Shown here one piece after another: positions 10,288 through 21,797 of a stretch of DNA of 64,000 nt; position 1 is the stretch's first letter, and the number at the start of each line of letters is the position of its first letter. This DNA comes from Nitrospirota bacterium (GTDB lineage Bacteria; Nitrospirota; UBA9217), in NCBI GenBank assembly GCA_963751455.1, contig CAVVUN010000001.1, positions 160,001 through 224,000 on the forward strand, given 5' to 3'. The notes under the pieces were generated by a model. That model saw only the letters and a program-made list of their open reading frames with translations. It made no database searches and was not told where the DNA came from. A program made the translations under genes and the position numbers.

Positions 10288-12381
10288 CTATTGCGTCTTG
10301 GCCTTCTCCCGCATCGCTTCCTTGCGCGACAACCGGATCTTGCCCTGGCGGTCTATCTCGAGCACTTTTACCAGCACTTCGTCACCCTCGTGCAATTCGT
10401 CAGTTACCTTCTCCAGCCGCCGTTCGGATATCTGAGAAATGTGCAGCAGACCGTCGGTTCCGGGGAATATTTCGACAAAGGCGCCGAAGTCCATGATTTT
10501 TCGGACCTTGCCCATATAGAGCTTGCCGACCTCGGCCTCTTGCACGATTCCTCGTATAATTTCCTTGGCCTTGTTCGCAGCCGCTTCATCCGAGGAAGCG
10601 ATATTGATTATGCCGCTGTCCTCAATATCGATCTTTGCTCCGGTCTGTTCGACGATGCTTCGGATCACCTTGCCCCCGCTGCCGATCACGTCCTTGATCT
10701 TGTCCGGGTTGATCTGCATGGTGATGATCCTAGGCGCGAAGGGGTTCAACGTTTTCCTGGGCAGCGGCAGGGTTTCGAGCATTTTGCCGAGAATATGGAG
10801 CCGTCCGTCCTTCGCCTGCTGGAGCGCACGGCGCATCACTTCGATCGTGATGCCCTCTATCTTCATGTCCATTTGAAGCGCTGTGATGCCTTCGCTCGTC
10901 CCGGTCACCTTGAAATCCATGTCGCCCAGGTGGTCTTCAAGGCCGAGAATATCGGACAGCACGACTACCCGATCCCCTTCCTTGATAAGGCCCATCGCGA
11001 TTCCAGCAACCGGCGCCTTGATCGGGACACCCGCGTCCATCAGGGCCAGCGTACCTCCGCAAACGGTCGCCATCGAAGACGACCCGTTCGATTCCAGGAT
11101 GTCTGACACGAGCCTGATAGTATAGGGGAACTCCAGCTTTGACGGTACCATGGCCTTCAGGGCCCGCTCCGCAAGCGCCCCATGACCGACTTCACGCCTG
11201 CCCGGTCCCCGAAGCGGCTTGGTTTCTCCCACGCTGAACGGAGGGAAGTTGTAGTGCAGCATGAAGGTCTTGAAGTATTCACCTTCCAGTGAATCGATAC
11301 GCTGTTCATCCTCGGAAGTGCCCAACGTCGCCACAACCAGGGCCTGTGTTTCGCCTCTCGTAAAGAGCGCACAACCATGAGTCCTCGGCAGAAGCCCGAC
11401 CGCCGAGCTGATCGGCCGTATCTCCTCCGGTTTTCTTCCATCGGCACGAACGCTTTTATCGAGGATGATCTTCCGTACCTCATCTTTTTCGAGACCCAGG
11501 AATATCGTTGATACCTGGCGATTCCTCAGCGGGTCGTCGTTCTTGAGTTTCTGCTTGATCTCGTCAAGCAGAACATCCAGTGTTTTCTGCCGTTCCATTT
11601 TGTTCGGGATTACGATGGAAGTCCGAAGACGCTCCATGGCGAGGTCAGCGACCTGGGCCGCAAGTTCCTTGTCGATCTCCACGGTCTTGACCGACCGTTT
11701 CTGCTTACCGACTTTTGCAACCAGATCGTTCTGAAGCGCTACTATTTTCTTTATCTCGCGATGAGCTGCTTCCAGCGCTTCGAGCATCTGGTCCTCGCTC
11801 AGTTCGCTGGCTCCGCCCTCTACCATCATGATTGCGTCTGCTGTCCCCGCTACTACCAGGTTAAGCCGGGTGTTCTCGAGGTCCTTTTGACCCGGGTTGA
11901 TCATGTAAGTTCCGTCCTTGTACCCGACGCGCACCGCTCCAATGGGTCCGTTGAACGGAATATCGGATATCGCAAGGGCAGCAGAGGAGGCAATCATCCC
12001 CATAAGATCCATGGAGCTTTCGTCCCCGATGGAAAGTACAGATGCGATGATCTGCGTGTCGAAGTAATAACCTTCGGGAAACAATGGCCGTATCGGGCGG
12101 TCGATCAATCTCGAGGTCAGTATCTCTTTTTCGCTCTGCCGTCCTTCCCGTTTGAAAAAGCCTCCGGGAATCCTTCCTGCCGCATACGCTTTTTCCTGAT
12201 AATCTACTGTCAACGGGAAGAAAATCCACGTTTTCTCTTTCGACCTTCGATGCGACTGCCGTCGACAAAACCACGGTATCTCCGTATCTGGCAACGACGG
12301 CTCCGCTGGCCTGTTTGGCCATAAGTCCTGTTTCCAGAATTATCGTCTGCCGCTTATTTCTGTTTCTACCGTTGTTACCAT
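10288..12381 (-). CDS. pnp: Polyribonucleotide nucleotidyltransferase (apparent frameshifts in first ~150 bp)
   Basis: [32 protein letters not shown] and S1 domains; N-terminus [12 protein letters not shown].. / [12 protein letters not shown] in other frames. Confidence 0.95.
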
Positions 12382-12413
12382 GAACCCTCTCTTTTCCCTT
12401 GGAATTGACGCTG

Positions 12414-12677
12414 CTACTTCCGTATGCCGAGTTGATCAATTACCTGGCGATAACGATCAAGATCGTTTTTCTTCAGATAATCCAGATGACGCCGCCGCTG
12501 GCCGACCATCTTCAGGAGACCCCTCCGCGAATGATGGTCATGCTTGTGCGACTGCAGGTGTTCTGTCAGATGCGTGATTCTTCCGCTGAGAAGCGCGATT
12601 TGCACTTCCGGAGAGCCCGTATCTGAAGGATGCCTGCGATACGTATTGATCAGACTGTTTTTCTTTTCCTTATCCAT
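12414..12677 (-). CDS. rpsO: 30S ribosomal protein S15
   Basis: [35 protein letters not shown]. Confidence 0.97.
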   Translation of the reverse strand: MDKEKKNSLINTYRRHPSDTGSPEVQIALLSGRITHLTEHLQSHKHDHHSRRGLLKMVGQRRRHLDYLKKNDLDRYRQVIDQLGIRK

Positions 12678-12827
12678 TCAACCGTACCTCCTTTCATGAG
12701 TATTCGTAAAGCGTTAAATTATCATATTTTCATATTGTTGTAAAGCAATATATTCGCGTTGGTGCTGCTTTGCGAGACGCGCCGAGGCACATGAGTGACT
12801 GCCTGCAACGCGCTGCACCGGATCTCT

Positions 12828-13708
12828 TCAACTAAGAACAAGTTCCGGCCGGATTTCCCGCTCCCACGCTCTTGCCACCGCGAGCAGCGCCCCGGACGGT
12901 CCGTGTATCCTGAGCGGTGTGGCGCCGGAGCCGGACAAATCCGGATCCGCAATCCGGTTACCGTGACTAATTTTGTTTGCATCCGCCTGGTTTACCTTAA
13001 GAGAGGGAAAATCGGAAAGCGCCTCATCAATCGATATTAAAACCTTTTCCAGAGCTCCTGCAGCTGCAAAACCGGCAAGCTGATCGAGAGATAGCGAGCA
13101 CTCAATCGTGAATCGGCCAGACCTCGACCGTTCGAGAACGGCAAGGTGCGCCCCGGCGCCGAGCGACCTCTCCGATATCAGCGCAGAGCGATCTGATATA
13201 CACGCCTTTGGAGCATGCTACTGTCATGTTGACGAGCGGGTCTTCATATCCGGTCAACTCAATGCTGAAGATCGAAACCTGTCGGGGCATGTGCGGTTGC
13301 GCTTTTCCCATGCGTGCGAGCCTGTACGACGCTACGCCGCCCACCTTTACCGCAGAATAAGCGGGCGGACGCTGCATGATCGTGCCGGTAAAACCGCGGA
13401 GAACACTGAAGCAGCGCCGACCGATCAGGCGGGCTGTACGGCCGCCTTTCAACCACGCGGCCGTCTGCGTCAAGCGTATCGGTGATGATCCCGAGACGCA
13501 TAACTGCCTTGTATTCCTTCTCTCCCGCCTCGATATACTGCGCAATTCTGGTTGCCTTGCCCGCGCAAAGAACGAGAACGCCCGTGGCACCAGGGTCCAG
13601 TGTTCCGGTATGGCCGATCCGCTTTTGCCCCGTGATCCGCCGCGCCGCCTGGACAACATCGTGCGATGTCATACCGGAGGGTTTATTTATATTAAGAACG
13701 CCGTCCAT
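12828..13708 (-). CDS. truB: tRNA pseudouridine(55) synthase TruB (several frameshifts)
   Basis: NKPSGMTSHDVV, GHTGTLDPGATGVL, QRPPAYSAVKVGG, CSKGVYIRSL split over frames; ends IRPELVLS* at 12828. Confidence 0.88.
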
Positions 13709-13714
13709 AGACCG

Positions 13715-14691
13715 TTAAGGCTTTTCAACTGCGAGTGCGACCGCCCTGCTTACGGCGCCTATGACGCGTGCCTTTATTTCGGCCAACGTGCCGTCCAGTA
13801 CGCCGCCTGCCGCGTTTTTATGCCCTCCGCCGCCAAGCGACTGCGCCACTGCGGAAACATCGACACGTCCTTTTGACCGAAGGCTTATCTTAAACTGAGA
13901 ATCTGCGGTCTGTCTGAACAGTATCGCTACTTCGACACCTTTGGTTGAGCGGACAAAGTTGATAAAATTGTCGGTGTCCTCTGCTGAAGCGCCATGCCTT
14001 CGAAACAACTCCTCGGTCACCGTCACCCAGGCAATTTTACCGTCATTGCTGCATTCCATCCCGGACAGAACGCTTCCGAGCAGTTTCAGCCGTCTGTACG
14101 CAAAAGATTCGTATACGTTTTCGGTAACTATCCATGGATCAGCGCCTGATTCTATCAAGGGAGGCGGCAATCCTCATGCTCTTCGGGGTTGTGTTCGTGT
14201 ATCGAAACGAACCGGTGTCGGTCAGAATTGCAGTATACAGACAGATCGCTATCTCGGGGTCAATGCCGACTCCGAGCAAATTGATGAGTTCATACACCAT
14301 TTCTCCCGTTGCCGAAGCAGAAGAATCGAGCCAGGTAAAAGGCCAATCGAGCTGATTCGTAATGTGATGGTCTACGTTGATCAGCTTATCGGCCGGACAC
14401 GATGTATCGAAAAGGCCTGTTCGAGCGGGATCGGAATCAAGAACCACGACGGCGTCGTACCGGCCCTTTGATTTCAGTTCCCGTTCGTATCTTTTCGGAT
14501 ACGGGAAGAAACCGGTACATCTCCGGGACCGGATCTGCGTTCTGCGCCGTTACCTTCTTTTTCAGCTTCTCGAGAGCAAGCATGAGCGCAATTTCCGAGC
14601 CCAGTGCGTCTCCGTCCGGATTTCGGTGGACGGTTATCAGCACGCTGCCGCAGGACTTCAGTAGAGAGGCGACATCGGATGCTTCACTCAT
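13715..14691 (-). CDS. nrnA: DHH/DHHA1 bifunctional oligoribonuclease/PAP phosphatase (frameshifted)
   Basis: HRNPDGDALGS, INVDHH, TDTGSFRY, GGGGHKNAAG split over three ORFs. Confidence 0.88.
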
Positions 14692-14693
14692 CC

Positions 14694-15053
14694 TCAGGGC
14701 CTTTCTTCTTCTCCTCGATCTCCCTCGAGAAGCTCCATGATATGTGCGCCCTGTTCGACGCTCGTGTCGAAACGGAACAGGAGCTCGGGGATAAACCGCA
14801 ACCGCATCCGTTTGCCGAGTTCCGATCGTATGAACGGCGCGGCGTTCTTGAGACCGGCAAGGGACGTTTTCTTATCGCCTCCGTAGACGCTTACGAAAAC
14901 AGTTGCGTTTCTCAGGTCATGGGCCACATCTACGCCGGTTACGGTTACGAAACCGATTCTCGGGTCCTTTATCTTGCGCATGAGGATATCGGCGATCTCC
15001 TGCTTCATCTGATCGCCGACGCGGTCGGATCGTTTAAAGGTTGGTTTTGACAT
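14694..15053 (-). CDS. rbfA: Ribosome-binding factor A
   Basis: RSDRVGDQ, IKDPRIGFVTVT, LRFIPELLFRFD; ATG at 15053. Confidence 0.93.
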   Translation of the reverse strand: MSKPTFKRSDRVGDQMKQEIADILMRKIKDPRIGFVTVTGVDVAHDLRNATVFVSVYGGDKKTSLAGLKNAAPFIRSELGKRMRLRFIPELLFRFDTSVEQGAHIMELLEGDRGEEERP

Positions 15054-15110
15054 GGGATTGAACAGACAACGGAGGACAAATCGCAAGACTGTCTTCGCTG
15101 CTCCGCCTCG

Positions 15111-15393
15111 TTAAAATATCTCTATGTGATAATCCAGCAGACTCAGCTCGGGTACGGCGCGAACCATGTTTAATACGTGGTCCATTGTCTGGTTGAGGTG
15201 GCTCTTATCGTTACTTACGGCAGCTACTGCGAGGGATGCTTTCTGCCAGAGGTCATTGTCTGCGATCTCAGCAACCGACACATTGAACTCTGCTCCGGAT
15301 CCGGTCTTTCAGACTCCGGAGCGAATGTCTCTTGTTCTTCAGAGATCCGCTCTCCGGGATATGCATTTCAATAGTGCAAACAGCGATGAACAT
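15111..15393 (-). CDS. DUF503 (YlxP-like) protein, one frameshift near 15290; missing from ORF track
   Basis: Manual translation MFIAVCTIEMHIPESGSLKNKRHSLRSLKDRIR / FNVSVAEIADNDLWQKASLAVAAVSND; usual position between infB and rbfA. Confidence 0.8.
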
Positions 15394-15414
15394 TGCTATA
15401 CCGACTGCCGACTG

Positions 15415-18033
15415 TTAGAGCTTCGCGGCAACTTTATCGATAACATAGGCTTCGATCACATCGCCTACCTTGAGGTCGTTGAAATTCTCCACGCCCAGAC
15501 CGCATTCGTAACCCGTCTGGACTTCGCGGACATCGTCCTTGAAGCGTTTGAGCGAATTCAGTTTTCCTTCATACACAAGCACGTTGTCCCTGAGCACCCG
15601 TATACCGTCCGCCTGCCTTGTCATGACGCCTTCCACAACGTAAGAACCCGCGATGGTGCCGATCTTCGAGACATGGAACGTCTGGCGTACCTCGGCGCGT
15701 CCCAAAACGCGCTCTTTGAGGGTCGGCTCAAGCAGTCCTTCCATGGCGGCCTTTATATCGTCGATCGCGTTATAGATGATATTGTAAAGGCGTACATCCA
15801 CTCCCTCGCGCTGCGCCAGTTCCGTGCCCTTCGGTTCGGGCCTCACATTAAACCCGATGATAATGGCGTTGGATGCGGCAGCAAGCATTACATCCGTTTC
15901 AGTGATTGCGCCGACTGAGCTGTGAATGACCTTGAGTTTCACTGCGGGTGTCGAAAGCTTTTCGAGCGAATCGACGATAGCGCCTGCCGAACCGGACACA
16001 TCGGCCTTGATCACGATGTTAAGTTCCTTCACCATTCCTTCCTGGATCTGCGCATGAAGGTCTTCGAGCGTTACTTTTTTCATCGTGGACAGTTCGAACG
16101 TTCGCTGCTTTGCCTGGCGGAGTTCCGCTATTTGACGCGCCTTGCGTTCTTCCTCGAGCACCACGAACCGCTCGCCTGCGAGCGGAACACTGGAAAAACC
16201 GATCACTTCGGCCGGCATGGATGGCCCCGCCTGATCAATCCGTACACTCTTGTCGTTAATGAGCGCGCGCACCTTTCCGAACTGCGCGCCGGTGACGAAG
16301 AAATCTCCGACCTTGACGGTACCGGACTGGACAAGCACGGTCGCCACGGGGCCCCGCCCCTTGTCGAGCTTCGCTTCAATCACGGTCCCGCGGGCCATTT
16401 TATTTGGATTCGCTTTCAGTTCCAGAACATCAGCCTGAATGAGGATCATTTCGAGCAGGTGTTCAAGCCCGATTTTCTTCTTCGCGGAAACCTCGCAGAA
16501 GATGGTCTGCCCTCCCCATTCTTCGGGAACAAGCTCGAACTCGGAAAGTTCATGTTTGACCCTGTCCGGTTTGGCTTCCGGTTTGTCTATCTTGTTGATC
16601 GCCACGATGATCGGCACTCCTGCAGCCTTTGCGTGGTTGACCGCCTCTCTGGTCTGCGGCATAACGCCGTCATCCGCGGCAACAACCAGGATGACGATAT
16701 CCGTCACCTGGGCTCCACGCGCACGCATGGCCGTGAATGCGGCATGACCCGGCGTGTCGAGGAACGAAATGTCCCTTCCCTTCAAGCTTACCTGGTAAGC
16801 GCCGATATGCTGCGTGATGCCGCCCGCTTCCTTGGAGACGACATTGGTTTCCCGTATGGCGTCCAGGAGCGATGTTTTGCCGTGGTCGACATGGCCCATA
16901 ATCGTAACCACCGGCGGCCGTATCAGCATGGCCTCCGCCTCATCCGCCTTTTCTTCGAGCAGGTCTTCCGCGGATTCGATGCTCGTCATCTCAGCCTTGA
17001 TTCCGTATTCGTCCGCCATGAGCATAGCGGCATCCGTGTCCATCGACTGGTTCTGGGTGGCCATGATCCCCATGGCCATCAGTTTTTTCATTACGTCGCC
17101 CACTTTTTGGCCGACGATCTCTGCAAATTCCTTTATGGTGCACCCTTCCTGGATCTTTACGACCTTTTTCCGGGGCTTCGTGATTTCCGCAACATCGGTC
17201 TGCTGGATATTGTATTTATCATCCTTTTTATGCGGCTTTTTCCCGGCAGGAAGCGTTTTGAGGTCCGGCATTTTCTTAAAAGTCGGTTTTTCACGGAACT
17301 CGCGCTCCTGCTTCTGTTCGAAATCCGTCTTCTTCTGCCATTTTTTCTTCGCACCTTTCCCCGGGGCAGGAGTCGGGATCAGTGAAGGCGGAACCTGGGA
17401 GGGCGCCAGCACGGGAGAGCCGAAAGAAGATCTTGTTGTAAACGGCCTTCCCGAAGGACGTCCGTCTCCTGCAGGTCTCTGGTATCCTGTATGCGGCCGG
17501 CCTGAAGGGACCATGCCCGGCCGGGTCTGAGCAGGACGCTGCGGCGGTATACTGGCAGTCGTTTGTGTCGGGGCTGCGGCGGCGGGCGCCGAAGAGACTG
17601 CCGCGGCGCCTTCTTTTTCTTCACTGGATTTTACGGGCGTAACAGGTGCGGGCTTGGCCTGTCCCGCGGGAGGAATGACCGGAGGCGCGGGAATAACCGG
17701 TTTGGGCAGCGGCGGCGGGATCGGAGCCGGCTTTGGCTTGGTGCCGGGCTTTTCGAGTGTCGAGGAGAATTTGCCTATCAGTGCTGCCGCTTTTTTCATC
17801 CGTTCTTCCCTGGAAAGAAGCGGGTCGACGGCGACGGCATCTTTGTCCTTTTTTACTTTTTCTTTTTCCTTGCGGACAGCCTTCAGCTTTTCGATCAGGG
17901 ACTTGGTCTCCTTGTCATCAAGACCGCTGGACGCAGTTTTCCCCTTGATCCCCATTTTTTCAAGGACGACAACGAGGTCTTTGCTCTCTACGCCCATTTT
18001 TTTTGCCAGTTCGTGCACCCTGATCACGGTCAT
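15415..18033 (-). CDS. infB: Translation initiation factor IF-2
   Basis: IRVHELAK N-terminus, [20 protein letters not shown]. Confidence 0.98.
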   Translation of the reverse strand: MTVIRVHELAKKMGVESKDLVVVLEKMGIKGKTASSGLDDKETKSLIEKLKAVRKEKEKVKKDKDAVAVDPLLSREERMKKAAALIGKFSSTLEKPGTKPKPAPIPPPLPKPVIPAPPVIPPAGQAKPAPVTPVKSSEEKEGAAAVSSAPAAAAPTQTTASIPPQRPAQTRPGMVPSGRPHTGYQRPAGDGRPSGRPFTTRSSFGSPVLAPSQVPPSLIPTPAPGKGAKKKWQKKTDFEQKQEREFREKPTFKKMPDLKTLPAGKKPHKKDDKYNIQQTDVAEITKPRKKVVKIQEGCTIKEFAEIVGQKVGDVMKKLMAMGIMATQNQSMDTDAAMLMADEYGIKAEMTSIESAEDLLEEKADEAEAMLIRPPVVTIMGHVDHGKTSLLDAIRETNVVSKEAGGITQHIGAYQVSLKGRDISFLDTPGHAAFTAMRARGAQVTDIVILVVAADDGVMPQTREAVNHAKAAGVPIIVAINKIDKPEAKPDRVKHELSEFELVPEEWGGQTIFCEVSAKKKIGLEHLLEMILIQADVLELKANPNKMARGTVIEAKLDKGRGPVATVLVQSGTVKVGDFFVTGAQFGKVRALINDKSVRIDQAGPSMPAEVIGFSSVPLAGERFVVLEEERKARQIAELRQAKQRTFELSTMKKVTLEDLHAQIQEGMVKELNIVIKADVSGSAGAIVDSLEKLSTPAVKLKVIHSSVGAITETDVMLAAASNAIIIGFNVRPEPKGTELAQREGVDVRLYNIIYNAIDDIKAAMEGLLEPTLKERVLGRAEVRQTFHVSKIGTIAGSYVVEGVMTRQADGIRVLRDNVLVYEGKLNSLKRFKDDVREVQTGYECGLGVENFNDLKVGDVIEAYVIDKVAAKL

Positions 18034-18074
18034 AAAATCGTTTACCCCCAAAAAGTGACAATACTTATTGTACT

Positions 18075-18662
18075 CTACTCATTGATATTTATCAAGCTTT
18101 TTAATCTTTCGGTCTCTTTCCCTATTGCCTGAGCGAATCCGCTGTCTTCAATTGCAATCACTCCCACCAGTTCGCGGCCGAACATACCGCCCATTTCCTC
18201 GCGGGTAAAAAGGTTCGCATACGGAATGGATAAGGCCTGAAGCAGAACCTTCTCCTTGGTTCCTTCAGATACGTCCTCAGCACATAGGATCATCTGGACG
18301 CGGCCCTTCTCCAGGGCATCCCGCACTGCCGAATATCCTGCAGCGGCTTTGCCGGCCTTCATGGACATGGTCACAAGGGATCGTATCTTCTCCCGGACGC
18401 TTGAGGAAAGAATCTCTATAAAGGCCTCGACACTCCCCGACAACTTTTTCAACCGGAGCGCCCGGGAAAGGTTTTCGCGACTCAGCGCCTTCTCGATGCA
18501 CTGCCGATTTGGACAAACATAAGCGGCGCGTCCAGGCATCTTCTCGCGGTAGTCTATGACGGGACCTGCAGGTCCGGCTATAATTCTTACCAGATGTTGT
18601 TTATTAAAGCCGCCACGGCATCCTATGCAGGTCCTTTCGGGCTCGTGCTTCATCGTCTTCAT
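18075..18662 (-). CDS. YlxR/DUF448 - L7Ae (YlxQ-like) fusion protein
   Basis: [15 protein letters not shown] (YlxR) followed by [24 protein letters not shown] (L7Ae). Confidence 0.85.
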   Translation of the reverse strand: MKTMKHEPERTCIGCRGGFNKQHLVRIIAGPAGPVIDYREKMPGRAAYVCPNRQCIEKALSRENLSRALRLKKLSGSVEAFIEILSSSVREKIRSLVTMSMKAGKAAAGYSAVRDALEKGRVQMILCAEDVSEGTKEKVLLQALSIPYANLFTREEMGGMFGRELVGVIAIEDSGFAQAIGKETERLKSLININE

Positions 18663-18726
18663 TCGTTAAAAATCCTTCGGTTCGATTGGAGCCGTGCTTG
18701 CCGAAGGGATGAGTTTTCTCTGACCG

Positions 18727-20076
18727 TCACTTTTTAACAAGCGCCCGCGCGGACAGAATGATCTTTTGCGCGGTTTTCTCTCCTATGCCGGGAACCGCGA
18801 GGATTTCCTCATCGGACATCGCCGCGATCTTCTCGATTGTGTCATACCCCGCCTCCTTAAGCTGTTCGGCGGTCTTGGGGCCGACTCCTTCGATCACGGT
18901 CAGACCGTCTGCCTGTGGCTGCTCCACGTTTGCCGGCGCTGCCTGGGCTTCCATGGTCTCCGCTGCCTCGGTTTCCTCGGCCATCTTGCGTGTTTCCTCA
19001 ACAATGGCCGCTTCAATCTCCTGTTCGCGTTCTTTCTGCCGTTCCTGATCGTATTCCGATTCGCTCAGAATGTCGATCTTCCAACCCGTCAACTTGGCAG
19101 CAAGACGCACGTTCTGTCCTTTCTTGCCGATTGCCAGAGAGAGCTGCGAGTCAGCTACTACGGTCAGCGCTGAGCGATCTTCCTCGGTTACGCCTACCTT
19201 TTCCACCACGGCCGGACTCAAGGCCTTCGCGATGAAGATGCGAGGGTCTTCAGACCATGGGATAATATCTATTTTCTCGCCCCTCAGCTCCCGCACCACT
19301 GATTGGACCCGCGAACCTTTCATTCCGACACACGCGCCGACCGGGTCCACCTGGGAGTCCTTTGACATTACAGCGATCTTGGTGCGGTCCCCCGCCTCAC
19401 GGACAACCCCCTTGACCTCTACGATGTTTTCATATATTTCGGGGACCTCCATCTCGAACAACCGGGATACGAATTCCGGATGGGCGCGGGAAAGAACCAC
19501 CTGCGGACCTTTCGATGTATCGCGCACTTCAAGGACGTAGGCCCGGACGCGGTCACCCCTGCGGTAACTCTCGCGGGGAACCTGCTCCCGCGCGGGCAGC
19601 ACAGCCTCGGTCTTCCCCAAGTCTATATAATAGGCGCCTTTTTCATGCCGCAAAACTATACCGTTCACCAGTTGCCCGATCTTGTCGTTGAATTCCTTGA
19701 AGATGACGTCCCGCTCGGCTTCGCGCACCTTCTGCACGATTACCTGCCGTGCCGTCTGTGCGGCGATCCGGCCGAATCCCTGGAATTCCACCTGGAGCGG
19801 CACTTCCCCGTCCATCTGCGCATCGGGGTACAGTTCAAGCGCCTCTTCGAGGGTTATCTCCTCTTCGGGATTCGTGACGGCGGGAACTACTTTCTTATAC
19901 GCATACATGATTATATCGCCCCGTTTCGGGTCGATCTGCACGGCGATTCTCTGCGCGCCGTACTTTTTCTTGGCCGCGCTCACCAGCGCCGACTCAACGG
20001 CCTCCACCACCATGTCCTTCGAAATCCCTTTTTCCTTGCTGATCTGGTCTATCACATGAATCAATTCCTGACTCAT
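18727..20076 (-). CDS. nusA: Transcription termination factor NusA with C-terminal HhH repeats
   Basis: FGRIAAQTARQ, DPVGACVGMKGSRV, AIGKKGQNVRLAAKL; ATG at 20076. Confidence 0.98.
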   Translation of the reverse strand: MSQELIHVIDQISKEKGISKDMVVEAVESALVSAAKKKYGAQRIAVQIDPKRGDIIMYAYKKVVPAVTNPEEEITLEEALELYPDAQMDGEVPLQVEFQGFGRIAAQTARQVIVQKVREAERDVIFKEFNDKIGQLVNGIVLRHEKGAYYIDLGKTEAVLPAREQVPRESYRRGDRVRAYVLEVRDTSKGPQVVLSRAHPEFVSRLFEMEVPEIYENIVEVKGVVREAGDRTKIAVMSKDSQVDPVGACVGMKGSRVQSVVRELRGEKIDIIPWSEDPRIFIAKALSPAVVEKVGVTEEDRSALTVVADSQLSLAIGKKGQNVRLAAKLTGWKIDILSESEYDQERQKEREQEIEAAIVEETRKMAEETEAAETMEAQAAPANVEQPQADGLTVIEGVGPKTAEQLKEAGYDTIEKIAAMSDEEILAVPGIGEKTAQKIILSARALVKK

Positions 20077-20109
20077 CGTTCTCCTCCTGATATAAATACA
20101 GAAACTGAA

Positions 20110-20166
20110 TAGGGCATAGCGCATGGCGTAAAAGATTTCCGCTGCCCTATGCATTTTGCTCTATGC
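20110..20166. repeat. Intergenic palindrome with 7-bp periodic arms
   Basis: TAGGGCA-TAGCGCA-TGGCGTA ... TGCCCTA-TGCATTT-TGCTCTA-TGC. Confidence 0.55.
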
Positions 20167-20168
20167 GG

Positions 20169-20630
20169 TTAAAATTCCACCTCAAGCGCGGCCTTCGCGA
20201 TATTACCCAACGGGATCTCAAGGAGACCACCCCCCTCAGGTTCTATCCTGACGCCGGTTTCAGCCATGCCGAGCAGTTTTCCACTCAGTACTTTCTGCCC
20301 GTCGATCGGCTGATACATCTTGATTTTGACCCTGCTTCCCGCGAAACGGACGAAATGTTCGGGCTTGGTCAGCTTCCTGTCAAGCCCCGGCGAGGAAACT
20401 TCAAGCATGTACGCATGAGGAACGATGTCTTCGACATCGAGCGCTGCGCCAAGGTCTCTGCTTACGGTCTCACAGTCGTTCAGCGTGACCCCGCCCTGTT
20501 CCCGATCGATATATATCCTCAGAAGCCACTTGGGCCCCTGTTTCTGGAATTCCATGTCCCAAAGGGACAGGCCCATGGATGCAAGTATGGGGTCTAAAAT
20601 TTCCTGTATCTCTTTTTCACCCGCAGACAT
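20169..20630 (-). CDS. rimP: Ribosome maturation factor RimP
   Basis: LRIYIDR..GVTLNDC, LEVSSPGLDRKL; ATG at 20630. Confidence 0.95.
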   Translation of the reverse strand: MSAGEKEIQEILDPILASMGLSLWDMEFQKQGPKWLLRIYIDREQGGVTLNDCETVSRDLGAALDVEDIVPHAYMLEVSSPGLDRKLTKPEHFVRFAGSRVKIKMYQPIDGQKVLSGKLLGMAETGVRIEPEGGGLLEIPLGNIAKAALEVEF

Positions 20631-20642
20631 ATTGTTTGTCCC

Positions 20643-20676
20643 AAATAAAAAGAGTGGGCAAAAGATGCCCACTCTT
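20643..20676 (-). promoter_or_regulatory. rimP-nusA leader hairpin (attenuator-like)
   Basis: AAGAGTGGGCA-loop-TGCCCACTCTT followed by U-rich tract just upstream of rimP. Confidence 0.7.
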
Positions 20677-20874
20677 CAAGGAATTTTCCAGAGTGTTAAG
20701 TACCTTGTAACATAGCGGGACAAATAATGCAAGTGAAAAAAGCCGGTTTCGTGAATAAATTTAAGGCACGCAATCGCGGCATCGAATTGCATTCACAGCT
20801 GAAGGCGGAAGATGACTACGGCAGCAAAGAAGAAACCTATTCCGGGCAGTCGCCGCTGCTGGAGGATTATCAAT

Positions 20875-20906
20875 AAAAAAAGCAGGCCGGTTCCCGACCT
20901 GCTCGT
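20875..20906 (-). terminator. Terminator of Gly/Thr-rich gene 1
   Basis: AGCAGG(C/T)CGG hairpin with A-tract on + strand. Confidence 0.7.
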
Positions 20907-20927
20907 CTTATACCGACCGAAATCCCA

Positions 20928-21560
20928 TTACATTCCTGAACCGCCTGCTCCGCTCGAGCTGCTGCCCCTGCGCCGCCGAGCTGCTCGCATGATTCCGCCG
21001 GTGCCGTTTATTCCGCCTGTTCCTGTTCCATTCGTACCACCGGTCCCGGAGCCGCCCATTCCGGAACTGTCAGTGCCTCCTGTGCCTGAATCGAAGGTTC
21101 CCGTTCCTCCTGTGCCTAAATCAGTACCTGTTCCGCCGGTTCCCATGTCAGACGTTCCACCCATACCGGAACCATTCATGCCGCCGATGCCCGTGTCGCC
21201 CGTGCCTCCGGTACCCGAGCCGTTAATGGTACCAGTGCCGCCCGTGCCTCCGGTACCCGAGCCGTTAATGGTACCAGTGCCGCCCGTTCCCATGCCGTTC
21301 ATGGTACCGGTACCGCCCGTTCCCATGCCGTTCATGGTACCGGTACCGCCCGTTCCCATACCGTTCATGGTATCCGATCCACCGGTACCCGTTCCGTTGA
21401 TTCCGCCTGTGCCTGATCCGTTGGTTCCGCCTGTACCCATATCGCTTGTTCCTCCGGCACCGGAGCCGCTCGTGCTGCCGCTATAAGCGAATGCTACTGC
21501 AAAGGTAAGAGTGAAAATCGCTGCTGTGATAAGAGAAATCATCTTCCTCATCGCGTTCAC
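20928..21560 (-). CDS. Secreted low-complexity Gly/Thr/Met repeat protein 1
   Basis: Signal peptide ending AFA-Y; many G(M/S)GTGGTGTxN repeats; 33-bp and 42-bp DNA repeats at about 21198-21370. Confidence 0.8.
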   Translation of the reverse strand: MNAMRKMISLITAAIFTLTFAVAFAYSGSTSGSGAGGTSDMGTGGTNGSGTGGINGTGTGGSDTMNGMGTGGTGTMNGMGTGGTGTMNGMGTGGTGTINGSGTGGTGGTGTINGSGTGGTGDTGIGGMNGSGMGGTSDMGTGGTGTDLGTGGTGTFDSGTGGTDSSGMGGSGTGGTNGTGTGGINGTGGIMRAARRRRGSSSSGAGGSGM

Positions 21561-21593
21561 CTCTCTCTTTCTATAGAATTGACACTTGATCTT

Positions 21594-21621
21594 AACTTAT
21601 CATAGGACCCGACGTTGTCAA
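21594..21621 (-). promoter_or_regulatory. Putative sigma70 extended -10 promoter
   Basis: TTGACA-16bp(…TGa)-TAAGTT; conserved in the paralog. Confidence 0.6.
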
Positions 21622-21735
21622 GGCGACAGAAAACTGAGATGATACAGCGGTATTATCAAACAATTCCTTTTTGTAATATGTAACTCAAATTTTTCCTCTC
21701 AAAAAGAACTCGTAATGGCACTTATTTCCAATAGA

Positions 21736-21768
21736 TAAAAAAAGCAGGTCGGGGATAACCGCCTGCTT
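21736..21768 (-). terminator. Terminator of Gly/Thr-rich gene 2
   Basis: AAAAAAGCAGGTCGG..CCGCCTGCT, homologous to the 20875 hairpin. Confidence 0.65.
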
Positions 21769-21797
21769 AGACTAAAATTAAAGCAATCCGTCACTCG

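Noticed and set aside
12220-15300. Programmed ribosomal frameshifting in pnp/truB/nrnA
   Set aside because: Multiple shifts per gene, no consistent slippery motif, not known for these genes; sequencing error is more parsimonious
15922-17385. Long + strand ORFs opposite infB, bamA, hemA, IS1380 and others
   Set aside because: Antisense shadow frames of well-conserved genes, with no recognisable motifs
20950-20995. MRAARRRR basic patch in Gly/Thr protein 1 as a functional motif
   Set aside because: Resembles a locally shifted reading of SSSGGAG-type repeats; likely compensating indels or error
21198-21370. 33- and 42-bp direct repeats as a possible CRISPR array
   Set aside because: Contiguous, in-frame coding repeats with no unique spacers; no cas genes in the window
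20812-21486. Pro/Val-rich + strand ORFs (also 21934-22140)
   Set aside because: Antisense shadows of the Gly/Thr repeat genes; signal peptide, RBS, promoter and terminator all support the - strand
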